A DNA stretch of 60,545 bases, filler included, from Sphacelaria rigidula (Eukaryota): the NCBI GenBank assembly GCA_964200075.2. It is 8 parts of 8 records of this genome, joined end to end, with 100 filler letters (N's around TTAATTAATTAA, not from the genome) between each part and the next. Parts side by side here need not be neighbours in the genome. Positions count along the whole stretch, not along the records: positions 22,745 to 30,225 come from CAXNAA020014722.1; positions 30,326 to 37,805 come from CAXNAA020014723.1; 6 more parts are not named here. The stretch is one strand, 5' to 3'. Both the position numbers and the translations under genes were made by a program. The notes under the pieces are model-generated. The model had not been told where the DNA came from and searched no databases. It worked only from the letters and a program-made list of their open reading frames with translations. Below are positions 24,896 through 37,157 of this stretch, in pieces; positions within the stretch are counted from its first letter, which is position 1, and every line of letters starts with the position of its first letter.

Positions 24896-26202
24896 CTTCA
24901 ATGAAAGCACACGAGGATTGTGCAGCAAAACCCTTTTCGAATATTTTCCAGACTTAGAAGAGTTGTCAGCAGCCGCGGAAAAGTGCTCAGTTCGGGTTTG
25001 GTGGTCAAACGTCCGAAGATAAATTCAAACAATTGCACTTCATGCGTGGAAAAGCGCATAATAGTTTATACAGGGTGCGCGAAAAAAAAATATACGAAAT
25101 GACGCAGCGTTGGGGGGGGAGGGTATTCTCCTTCGATTGAGGGGGGGTTTGCATTATTTTGTCCAAGGTTCCCGCCGGGGGTGGACATGTTCGAGCATTG
25201 TCTCCAACTACAACACCTACTGTCGGGTGGAACCAAGCCGACCACCCCTGAGCAGCACGCAGGTGCTCCCGTCGATACGAATCACGAACTTTTGGCACGT
25301 GTTTGAGGTGTAAGGGCCGTTGTTATCGACAAATAAACAAAATGGGAGAAGATCCGAATTTTCGGCATTCGCCTAGGACTCGTTATTATTTCGATCTGCC
25401 GTTGCTGTTAGATATCTCATTACAGATGGTTCTGACCTCGTCGTTTGCTTGCCTTAGCCGGCAAAATAAAGGACAGGGTTATGTTACAAGCCCGTGTACG
25501 GCGTTCATAACTGTGGTAAACATATTTCTCACGACCTCTCTGTGACACGGGGGGGCAGTCGGACAGGCTAGGGCATCATCGACCGGCTCTCTCGGGATGC
25601 TACAGCAGCACACATGAGTAAAAATACCGACTGTAGAAAGCCCCGTGCATAGATTGCAGCATCCTTGCTTTCTGTGAGTTGTATGCGCAGATACACCCAA
25701 TCAAACCACCAGCTATACACTTTTCAGACGGTGCGGTAGCGTACCCTCGTAGCAGCACTGCAGGCAAGTAGGTAGCTACTGGATTGTTTCTGCTCTTCGC
25801 TTCGAAAGTGCGTGTGTCTGCAAATAAACGACGACCACCGTGCTTGGCCCCAACAGCTCCAACACCGCTGCCGGGGCACACACCGTCTAAGATGATAGAT
25901 ACCGCCAACCCGCGGTGCTTTTTACTCTACGACATAGCCCAGGGTGCCACTAGCAACGTTCCTGATGATTCTCGCATGCTTGCGAGCACCGCGGCGTGCG
26001 CCAAGGGCAGCTGTGCGGAGTATTGTGATGGGGTGCGAAAAATCGGACTTTCGCCAAACGTGAAGGCTTGGCGATAAAATCTCGCCGCTTCATTTTTGTA
26101 GAAGGTGCGAAAAAAAGTGCGAAAACGCCTAAAATTAGGACGATCTCCCAACAAACTGTGTCGATAATAACGGCCCTATAAGTCGCGTCTGTGACAGAAG
26201 CC

Positions 26203-26680
26203 GTATGTCCAAGTCCAGTCCGATGCTGATGAATTTTTTGGCCCTGTGTGCAGTAGGCGCGTTTTTCGTCCGGTACGAGGCCGTTTGAACTGTGCGATAG
26301 CTTGAATGGGAGCTACGGACTATGTGAGTGTATTGCAACTGCTGTGGTGTCAATGCAACGCACATGGGACGAGCACGGACAGGTATTCCAATCGCTAGAG
26401 GTGGACATAAGCCATGTCCAACTCGCGATTTGGACGTGGCGTATGTCCACCTCCAGTCGGTTGGCGGCATTTTTTACCCTGTCCAGCAGGCGCGTTTCTC
26501 GTCCGAGCGGACGCTCTGACGCCGTTTGCATCGTGCGATGGCTCCAACGATGGCTACGGGCTGTGTGAGTGTATATTCCGGGTGTTGTGGTGTCGGTGCA
26601 GGAAAGATGATGAGACGAATGGGGGCGGGTGGTCAAATCCCAGCTGGAGGTGGATATAACCATTTCTCGTATTGTGCGAC
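26203..26680 (+). repeat. Diverged tandem duplication, ~237-bp unit x2
   Basis: cgtatgtcca…ggcgcgttt…gccgtttg…gctacgg…gtgagtgta…gaggtgga blocks repeated at about 26203 and 26440. Confidence 0.7.
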
Positions 26681-27059
26681 GTCTCGAATTGTGCGACGTG
26701 GAAATAGAATTACTCTTCCGAGAACTATCTTCGCCCTTACTAAGAGATAAACTATAGTACACGCAGAGAATACGAAGTTGGCCACATGACGAGTAGCGAG
26801 AGATGAGGGAGAGTACGACATCATGTGGCTATGCCGTGCTCAGCGTTGGTTGCGCTGGCCACGATTGGAAGTGAGGGCGAGTGGCCCAAGTCACCACGGT
26901 CGGTGTGACCACGCGACGTCGACCAACCGCACGTGTTCTGCCATTAGCCAATATGCGCATGAACTTCGATGTTACACCCTGGTGCACATGCAATTATTCC
27001 AGCCACGGAACGAGGAAACTCCAGTCCCAAAAGGGATACTCATATTTATGGTTGTCATG

Positions 27060-27230
27060 ACGAACGTGTTTTTGTCGAAATCGGCGCCTGCGGCGTCGAA
27101 TTCAGGCCTGCCAACGCACACTTCCCCGAGCGGAACTGATGCACCCCCTTGCCCGAGGGTTCGGAACGCCTTGGGTCGGGGTTAGGGCTGGGGTTAGTGT
27201 TATTGTTAGAAGGTTTGTTCGAAGAAATCA
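27060..27230 (-). mobile_element. Telomere-tract/hairpin element (family copy 2)
   Basis: Reverse complement reads ctaaccccagccctaaccc…gaaccctcgggcaaggg…cgacgcc-gca-ggcgccgatt. Confidence 0.7.
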
Positions 27231-30147
27231 ACAATACATATACGACCAAAATTTTAGGTCGCCCAGCGCCTCGTAATTTCCATAAAAGTGTGAACATTGA
27301 GATCCGGATTTTTAGAGAGACTGACAGTCTCGAGTACTCGCAGCGTGGGCGGAGCGTGTTTCTGTCTCGCCACCGCCGATTTGACGTAACGCTTCAACTC
27401 TTCGCATCCTTCTTACACAAAGGTTCTCGGTATGCCGTGCGATGAGCTCAGGGTAAGGGTTACTTCAGAAAATTGTTGGTGGAAAGGTTTGCACCGGACA
27501 GGAACAATCCCATCTCGACTGCGCCGTAACCTGGGTGATGTTTGGAATATGACCGAAAATGGGGTCTTTTGATGCGTTCACTGAGTAGCTAGACTTGGCG
27601 AACTTGAGTTCCATCCCTTGTGCAGCGAGGGCAAATTTTTTAATCAGCTGCCGGACTTCCTTGTCTTGAATACAACAGGCTCGTCGGCGTGGCACTTTGT
27701 GGTCGATAGAGACAACCATGAAGCGGCGTTTCAAGCGGGCGAAGTCGACGTGGGGAAAACATGTGATATTTGCCTCGGCGTTGGCATTCGTGGTGGTGAT
27801 CCTTCACTCCAGACCATTTTCAAACATCACCAGGTAGGTGGGTTCCGTCATCAATTCAAGAAAGGCGTGCACGGTTGTGGTTGGCAACGCATCGGTGACC
27901 ATGTTATACACCCTGACCGGGTGCATATACGAACCCTGTACCACTCTCCTGCTGTGGCAGTTGCCAATTCTCAAATCCTCGTTCCGTTTGCAGAATCGAC
28001 AAGTGGACAAGTGCAGTACCGTAAGTGCCATCATCTTCTGGTTTTGTTCCGCTACGGAGCACCTGATACTCGTTGCCGGAAGCAACAGCTCGCTTGGCAC
28101 TGTTTGATACTGTCTGGAGTTTTGGCCCCCTATGCCCGAGGGTTCATGGTATGCAGTAGTTTGGGTCAGGGTTGATGTTGGTGTTCGGTTGAGTCGGGGT
28201 CGACTCGGGTTGGTTGCGTTTGCGTGATGTATACTGTAGTGGCGCATGTTAGCACCCCTCAATCGGGGGGGATGCGGGCGTGTCCCGGTTAGAGCAGGAT
28301 AAGGGCAACATACTACAAGTCAACGTCCACAACATCGAAGCGTTGATGATGCGATTCAAAATATATATCTTCCCCGATATTGGGGGGAAACAACAACTCC
28401 GCTTGCACCCCCTCTCCCTCCCGCTATCCAAATCCAAACTTCCGTAGAAGCACTCTGAAGCCTGTACAGTACATCGTTCTCCTCCCAAGGAGCACACAGG
28501 ACCGTCAGCCTCACTAAAGATCCGATTCTCGTTGTTCAGAATAAATCAGGAAATAACAACAATGAACATATCATAATGTAGACTAACACCAGTTGATTCT
28601 TCACCGCGTAGGTATGATCGTCCAGCTCGATCATGGATACTTTTTCTTGTGAAATTGGGACCGATGCAACAGATGACCTCCTCCCCCTGTCTGAGGGTTA
28701 GGTAACCCTTATACCCTTCGACCGCGGTGCGGGTAGTCCATCGGGATCACGCATATCTTCTTCAGATAAAATTGATGCCGATTCAGGAGCATCCCGATGT
28801 GTTAATATTTACTATGCCCTGTCCGCTCAGCATATAATCTGCGTGTAGCTACATGTTCATGTGCACTACTCTTTGTGCGTTGTCGATCTGTTGACCTGCC
28901 CGCGTATTAGCTATCGAATTGCTCGTATAACCGTCTCGGAGTGGTTCTACGGTAGGGGTGCCCAATTTTTTTGCAAGGCTCAACACTGTTGTCGGAGCCT
29001 CTCGATGACAAACATTTGGGCCTCAGTATGTAGCCTCACGAAACGATTGGACAAAAGCGTTCACCCCTACGAGAACCGTATCGTAGAATACCTCCTCAGG
29101 ATATTTCTTTCGGCTCGTATTTGCCCCTGGTATTTCGTCAGTGCTGCGCCGATGGCCAACACACACACGCGGCCATTTGGCTACCCCCCAAAATGCCTCC
29201 GGAGGGATGCCTCGCCATCCAGATGCAAAAATAAGCCTCCGGAGGCGGTTAATCCCTCTGGGAGAAACCACCAAATCTCCTCTGGAGCGCCGCGCACCCC
29301 CCCGGAGGCGTTTAATTCCTCTGGAGGATCGAAAAGTTTACCCACCTGGAAGAATTTTGGAGGTGGCCGAATGGCCGCGTGCACACACACACACACACAC
29401 ACATTTTTTTCTGAACATAGTCTGACTTTTTGTCACCCGGGCACATGCTGCTGCAAGGCCCCAGAGCAGATTCAGTGAGATGGGGTTGTTGTTCGTGGTT
29501 GTTATCAGATGTGGGCGAAGTTTCAGCGTCTCGCAGCGCGTACGGAGCGCGTGCTGCCGTGTCTCTCGAGCTGATTTCCTTTACAGGCAATACCCCCAGG
29601 CGTCTCGCACAGATTGTCATCATCCAGCGGGTGTCCCAGTACAGATCTACATTTGTTTCTCAGCGCAGCAGCGTCCCACGTGCAGATGATGTCGAAGTAA
29701 GTGGACGAAGTACTTCACATGTGCGTTAGCTGACAGTGAAGGCCTTCCTGAGCAGTGTAAAATGTAGCAACAGTGTGGGTGTGTGTTGGGGCTTTCGTCG
29801 ACACAATCGAGGTTCACGACTGCACACTTTTTTGTGCATGTTTCGCAAGCTCGCGGGCCCTTGCGACTCCCTCATCGAACCCCGGCCTTCGGTTCTCAGA
29901 GGAAAACGCCTCGGAGGTCCAGAGAAGAAAACTGCATGTCTGGAAGCGTTATAACTCACGATTGCTCGCCCTGGTGTCGCAATCGCCCACCGCCAGATAC
30001 TGTGATCCCCGAAATAAAACAAATTATCGTCGAAAAAGACACGAATCCTGCGAGGTATGTGTGGGAGACACATGTGAGAGAGAGCATCGCCCCCCTACAA
30101 TACGAAGGCCAACACGGGTCTGTCGAGAGAAGAAAATAGGACGTGGA

Positions 30148-30180
<33 letters not shown>

Positions 30181-31371
30181 CCGCCACAAACCACACCACC
30201 AAACACCACGACACGATATGGAATGNNNNNNNNNNNNNNNNNNNNNNNNNNNNNNNNNNNNNNNNNNNNTTAATTAATTAANNNNNNNNNNNNNNNNNNN
30301 NNNNNNNNNNNNNNNNNNNNNNNNNGGGCAATGGTCACACGACTAAGGCAAGCAACAAATGAGTACGCCTCCCCCCCCCCAGAGAAAAAAAGTGGCAGGT
30401 TTGGGGAGGAAAAATCTACATGTAGCTCAAAAAACAAAAAGCCGAGCACACCGAGCGGCTGGGAACTCCCGCGCTTGGGATCGTTTTAGCCACTGCCGAC
30501 CACCTGAGGCACCACATCCAGTCTGAAACCAGCTATCACGCGCTGTACGGCCATTTTCTTGGTGACAGTTTTGCGGCTGGTTTGGGGGGGACGCTATCGC
30601 GGCGTCACTGCTCAGCAGTAGAGCGCTTCAGAAACGCTTTTTTGCCATTTCAAATTGCAAGTATCTCAGGATCAGAGTGTAACCAAAACTCATTTCCCCC
30701 TCCGTCAAATGTGGTATCTCCTTCACTTTTTTTCGATGAAGTGTTTTTTTCATTCTGCACGCTGACCCCGAGATATTTGCAACCTGAAAATGACAAAAAA
30801 AAGCCTCTTCCGCAACTCTCTAACAAATCGGTACATCTTTGCTTTTACCGCGGGTGTTGGTACGTGACAACAGATTGCCGTCAGGATAAAGTACAGCACA
30901 CCGATTGTACCGTGTCGATGTCCGCAACGATTTTGGGTAGTAGCTTTCGAGGCGATTCTCCCCGACTATACCGTGACATGAACACGTACTTCATGGGACT
31001 TGAAGAAAGCAACTTCTTTACTTACACCTCGAGTCGGTCAGTCAGCTTGAACACACAATACTGTTCAGTCCAAAGGCTGCGGTCATCGAGAGAGGTCATC
31101 CATTACCCTGGCGTCACCTGTAAAGATGAGCATTATTTTGCAGCAATATTATTCAGATTCCACCTGACATCACGAACGGCCTCGAAGGGTCACTCCAACA
31201 ATACGGAGCCCTAAAGGAAAGTCCAGGAACGAAATCACTTTTTTCCACAGCTCATACCTCAATACGCACACACAAGCCCTCATGTTTCCTTGCAAGTGCA
31301 GCCACCCTAGATACTTGAGGAAAACGCAAAAACGTTTGCGGTGCTCGAACTGGTCTACGGACCGGCCTCAC

Positions 31372-33012
31372 CTGAGGCACATGTTTGGGCCTTTTTCGCA
31401 GTAATTCCACCAACCAATCATCATCCTCCGAAACAGCTTCTCCACAACACCGTTCTTCAGGCGTTTTCTCTCTCCTACCTACTGTCCCCTCCTGCTGCCA
31501 ACAACATCGATCCTCCAACGATACCGCGGGCAGCAAATTCTGCATCCTTTCGCCCTGTGGTTCATTTATTCCGCCGACTCCGGGAGCGCAGGCGTGCGTT
31601 CGGCGATAGGACGCTGTGTGGTTGGTCTCATCACCTTTGAGACCGCTCATGCATGCCCGGTCGTGACAGCATGCTGTGCCCTCACCGGCTACCTCTCCAC
31701 CTCTACCACGCCTAGCTCGTCCTCCGTCATTGCCGACCACCCCCGGTGATTGACTGCTCTCGAGTGCCCATGAGACAAGACGGCGAGGTGTGCCACGGCA
31801 TTGTCTGTCATCATCACACAGTTTTCCCTGATGGTGTTGCATGGCGCCACTTGGATCGCCCACACCGACGATTCCATTGTGCGCTTCCAACAATTCCCGC
31901 ACTTGTCGCGGTTTCACCATCCGGTCCTGCATGGTGTTGTGTATGCCATCGCCAGCTCCGGTACTAGTACCGCCAACGATCCCACGACGAAGTCGTAACT
32001 CCCCGGTTGACACATCCCCACGATCATCTCCTTCTTGGCGACAGCAACGGTGATCCTTGTCACGACAATGAGAACGACGCCCTACTCCACGGTGGCAAGG
32101 ATAATATATCTCTTCGTCTTCACTATTGGTACCTGTAGGCGACCACTCTGGTCCGAATCTTCCCTCTCCACTAATACCACCCGCTACACGTAGTCCTACA
32201 CCTGCTCCGTCCACCGTTGACGAATGTGCTCGTGCTTTCATGCCCAAATTTGTCATTGACGGGTTCCTCGAACATCGTTTTCGCAATCCACTACTGTGAA
32301 CTTTGGTAGCAGGGGTTACACCACATACTTCAACGGGGTCCCCGCTGAAGTGCCACTCCTGCGTAGGCACACACGTCCCACGTCGCATGCCAGAATTATT
32401 ACTTGTACAGATTATAGCAGCAGATATTTCGATCGGGGCCAAATTTATCAGGTTCTTATTGATGACGCCGCGCCCGACCTCTCCGCGACAGCTGTCACCG
32501 TCCTCCACCGCTAGCCCTGTTGCCAGTGATGCCACCCCTGCGGCAGCTCCTCCACTCAGCGGGGAAACCTCGACGTCGTCGGTAGCTGGAACCGCCTTTG
32601 AGATGCTTGACCCGGTTGAACCGGGACGTCTTTGAGGTAGAATAGCGGACCCATTGTTCCAGCTGGCCCTCCACGACCCGCCTACCCTAGTGGGGTCACC
32701 GCTGGTGCTTTTAGTGCCGCGGCGACTATCGCCTGTACTGGCGGGACGTACGTGAAGATCGCACCGTGCACGACTCGCAGGCACGTCGAGGGGACCCTCT
32801 TCTTGCGGTTCAACCACGTCCGCGCTGGGGGGGGTGGAACTACGCTGGTCAGACCCACGCGCATCAGAGTCGTGTGAGTCGCAACCGCGTGGGCCGGAGT
32901 ACATGAATCTCCCGGACCGTCGTCGGGCGTTGGTGGACGTTTGCTCGATATTTTTCAGGTCCGGGGTGCGCCTTCTACGCAGTCCGACCACGGGATTACC
33001 GGATATGGAGAT
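31372..33012 (-). CDS. LRRC56: LRRC56-like, exon 6 (long disordered exon; ends at the donor after KHVPQ or runs on to the stop at 31252)
   Basis: ctcag acceptor and a 547-codon open frame ending DDDWLVELLRKRPKHVPQ|GTGAGG. The 3' end is uncertain. Confidence 0.6.
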
Positions 33013-33479
33013 CTGAGCAGAGCGGAGGAGATGTTTATGTGGGAAGACTGTTAGATTGGCGCGCTTGATACATGCGCCGTTTTGGATCATTATCCTCTGG
33101 CAAGCAGTGCGTACGAGTGCCTTCTGTGGATGTACCGTTTGCCCTTTGTGACGGAGAGCCACGAATCGATGGAAATATGAAGCTGTGCTCGTTTCATACG
33201 TCCGGGCCGAAGCTCTTGAGAGCAGGGCGGCGCGTGTACTGCGCCAAGTTGACAGGGGGGTTTAGTGGGAGCATCCCCCACACTGCCTTGAGCCACCGCT
33301 CGAGGCGCCTTCCCCACATGACTGCCGCGGGGTGGTCTAGCCGAGCCTTCAGGTAATCGGCACACGAACTCGCTAGCGATCGCCGGCGATCGCTTGCGGG
33401 GTAAGTGTTGGGTTGGGTTTCCTCCTTCCATCAAGGAAAAAAAAACAAACGTCGGACGTCCATCGTGATTGGCACTCAC

Positions 33480-33575
33480 CTCGGAGCCGTGTGTTAGTGA
33501 AGACGCAGCGTTGACACTTTCTGGAGATAACTCCTTGCGTTGTGCATACGCCGCGATGTCTTGGAGCCGTAGCAC
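33480..33575 (-). CDS. LRRC56: LRRC56-like, exon 5 (…AASSLTHGSE)
   Basis: cgtag acceptor and GTGAGT donor. Joined to exon 6 it forms SLTHGSE-ISISGNPVVGLRRRR, like the SxLTxG…GNPxxxLRxRR motif of LRRC56. Confidence 0.7.
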
Positions 33576-34442
33576 CTACGCGTAGGTGCCGTTTGGGTTC
33601 GAGGAAACCACCAGTATGAGAAAGTGCCATCACAGGGTGTCGGGTACCATATGTTGACGAGAGCATTTTTAGTCGTGGGTTGTTGAGGGCGACGCCAGGT
33701 GGTCAAGCCAGTACGGATTATGGACCTGCTCGATAAACGTTGGGCAAAACAACGCGCTGGCGTGAGTCGTCCACGGCGAAAAGTTAAGCATCATGAAAGA
33801 TCGGATGGTATAGAAGTGAAAGCAATCGTTGTATGATGCAGGAGTCCATGCACCGCTGCGATAAGCCGTCGTCAGTGTTTTTAACTTGCTCCAAACGCTT
33901 GCGGACGTGTGTTGAACACAACAAGGACAAAGCACAGTGTTGGTGCTGCTATTCACACTTCATACTTACATCGAAGCGACACATGAGTTTCCCTGCGGTT
34001 GAGGGCGTGCAATTATTCGATTAGATTGATTGAGTGTCGCAATTTAACTGGTCCCCCAGGGATTCGGCCGTGGTTATGTGGTTGAAGTACCCGAGATAAA
34101 ACGAAACTGAATCGCGCGCTGAAAAAAAATGAAGAACAACAGAAAAGGTAGAATAGACGAAACAAATGAGCTACGTTGGAACGTGGCCGCAGGCAAACAC
34201 TTTGATTTTAACAAATCTTGGGACGAACATGATGTATGCATCCACACCGCTTAACAAGATTCCACGCACATGCAAGTCCATACCGACTGCATGAGATCGT
34301 ATAACGTGCCCATGAACCCCTTCGTCTCGTTCAATCACCCCCCCCCCCCCACCCCCCAATCGTAGAAGCGCTGAGAGGCACTGATAAGAACACTGTAGAT
34401 TGTTTGGCATCACCACCGAGATAACGATAAGACTTTCATCAC

Positions 34443-35182
34443 CTCCAAAAGCAGCTCGTCTCGTTGTCGTCCTCCACTATTGCCGCCACCTATCCTTAGC
34501 ACCCCACCGCCTCGCTCCATGCTCGTGTCGGTGATTTTCGCCTGATCAGTTGCAGTCGTATCAAGTACTGCCACATCGGTAATTCTAACGGGACGCTGGT
34601 CAAAATATTGACTAATCTGCTGCTGCCCTGAGCCTCGATCTTGAACTCCATCACAACCCCTTGTCGCTGTAGTATTCTCTTCGCCGGCAGACAGCGACCA
34701 AAGCCTTAATCGTTTGATGGCCTGACAGACTATCGTTTCCTCATCGACCACGGCTTCCCGCTCCTCTTTAACGACATCAAAAACCCGAGCTTCTGCTCGT
34801 CGCGTTGTAGAAGTAATCGGCCCGCCACTCCCGAAAACGTCGGCCAGATGCGGCTCCGCATTCGCCATGCCAAACGTTTCTTTCGGAAGTGCCACGTCAA
34901 AATGCTGGTGCTTTTTGGTAACGACGCCGACTGCGCTGCCGCAGTCAGCTGAAATCTTGCACGGGGCGCAGTATGATGCGTTCGTGCTTTTAATATCAGG
35001 AGAGGTCAGTGAGGCGGCTGTGTTTGAAGATCCCTGCTGCTGCTCCAAATGAGATCCGGGGGTGTGGCTGAAAGACTTGATGGTATCTCGTTCGCCAGGA
35101 GAAGGCGGCAGGATTCGGTCAGTATCTGCCAACCATTGCGAATCATCACACGAGGCATCGTACCACATATTCAATGATTTGA
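34443..35182 (-). CDS. LRRC56: LRRC56-like, exon 4 (low-complexity region)
   Basis: 246-codon open frame, ggcag acceptor (phase 1) and GAG|GTGATG donor (phase 0). Confidence 0.65.
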
Positions 35183-35495
35183 CTGCCAACAGCTAGGGAT
35201 CGACCACCCTAACTCTACCTCCATGACTGAGCGACATCCTTGTCCACACAAGAATTCGTACAGCGACAGGCAACTCCTACAGCGCGATATGTTTCATATA
35301 CACATTTCTACTTAATGCCCACGGGTTCGAGTTGACTGTTGTGTCGTTGGATCACTTTGGCGACTACTGCTGTAGTACGTACCCAAGCTGGTGTGCTGAG
35401 GAATGGGTAACGACCGAAAGCGTTTGTCGCAAACATTCCTTCCGCACATACGACCAAAAGCCCATGAAAGTGATACATTGTTTCTACATGCGTAC

Positions 35496-35676
35496 TTGTT
35501 ACTTCCTGCTCATCGAGGCTGACCAAGGCCGGTACTGCTTCGACCACTCTTCGCCGGTAGTGCATATCGCCGCACACGGGATTGGCCGTGAGTGTTAACG
35601 ACCACAGACGTGGGCATGTGCCCAATTGCATTGCCTGCTCGGCGTCTTGCACGTTGTTCGACTCGAGATCCAGTAC
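35496..35676 (-). CDS. LRRC56: LRRC56-like, exon 3 (LRR + LRRcap)
   Basis: VLDLESNNVQD…LWSLTLTANPVCGDMHYRRRVVEAVPALVSLDEQEVT; the phase-1 donor matches the next exon. Confidence 0.85.
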
Positions 35677-35994
35677 CTGTCCAATAAAGAACATGGGCAA
35701 ATCATTCTTCGATACTGCCCCGCGATACCTGCTGGGACCTTCGACGGCAACCAGTCATGAATACACGTCATCATGTGAAGCAGCGTTCGTCCATAGTGTT
35801 GCACTCCGTGTCGACACAAGCACCAAGCTCTGACTATTTACAGTCCAATCACCGGTGGTGGGTACAATACCAAATGGTTGCTGCACATTCTTATATTAGA
35901 CTATTTGAGAACATTTCCGACGTTTTCACCCGTCAGGGGGGGTTATGTGTGTGCTCGGGTGTGCGCTTCGATGTGTATTGTTCTATGGCCGCAC

Positions 35995-36234
35995 CTCTAA
36001 TCGCTCGTGCATGGCAATAGACGTCAGATCCTCAACATCGTTAAACGCCAAGTACAGCTCTTCTAAGCTCAGCAAGGCCCCCACTCCGTCCAAATGTTGC
36101 ACCCCGCATGCCGGTATCCAAAGGATCCTGAGGCTTTTCAGGGAGCTCCCCAGATCTCGAAATGACGCCAGCGTGCTACCTTTATTGAGTCGGAGCTCGA
36201 CTAGATGTGGCATGAGTGTTCCCAGGTGGTCTAC
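35995..36234 (-). CDS. LRRC56: LRRC56-like, exon 2 (LRRs)
   Basis: VDHLGTLMPHLVELRLNKGSTLASFRDLGSSLKSLRILW…LEELYLAFNDVEDL; canonical splice sites, phase 0/0. Confidence 0.88.
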
Positions 36235-36959
36235 CTGAACAGAATCATTGATTGATAGTTGGAAGTGAGAGTCAGCAGTTCTCCTGGGACTCCTCACCCA
36301 CAATGGTGTTTTGGCGTTACCGATACCTTGAAACAGACTTCAACCGTCGGGAGGAGAACAAAGTGGTGCTCTAGCACTAGGTTTACCGACAAAGCTAAGC
36401 ATTCATGGTAATGCCATGATACCGCTCTGTTCACCGATATTACAGGGAGCGTGAGGGAGATTATGTATCTGGACGGAGAAGGGGATTGAGGAAAATTATC
36501 AACCTGAACGGTGACGTACGATAATCTTCGCCTCCATCGAAGGGCGCGCTGGATAGCTTCAGGGCGTGCACACAACGTGGGCCTGACGTTGGGACTAAAA
36601 TATGTGTGTTCAGTGAGAGAAACACGGATAAACTATCCGGCGGGGCACGGTAGGCCAGTGCAGGTGAATGCGACGTGTGCTCTTTCTGTCAAGCGAGATA
36701 TCGGTTGCACGACCCATGCTAGAGCAGACCAACTTGTCCTCAGCAGACGCATGGACTAACTCCGAGTTGTGTGTGTTGCTGAAATAGAGGTGATACTCGT
36801 TCGTTTGCTGCACGGTGTATTCGCTCGTTCAAGATACTACGCTCGTGTATGTGCCGCGCGTGTCCGCCGTGCACGCCTTGATTTTTCTCGACTCCCAGTC
36901 TTCTCGCCTCAGTCTACCATACGGGATCAAGAGCGCGGTCATCATACGATGCGTATCAC

Positions 36960-37157
36960 CTGAGAGAAGTTAGTGTCGACGGTAAGCACTAAGCTCCGCA
37001 AGCACGCCAAGTCTTCTTCTCCTGTCATCTGCCGTAAGTGCGCTTCCGAGCAACACTCATCGTCAAAGTCAGTGCCGTCGTCCTCGTCCTGCACGACGCC
37101 CTCCGCCCCACAAACGTCATCTTGTCGCTCGCAACTTCGCTTCGATATTTCCGACAT
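36960..37157 (-). CDS. LRRC56: LRRC56/ODA8-like leucine-rich-repeat protein, exon 1
   Basis: MSEISK…AHLRQMTGEEDLACLRSLVLTVDTNFSQ, CAG|GTGATA donor; resembles the N-terminal cap of LRRC56. Confidence 0.75.
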
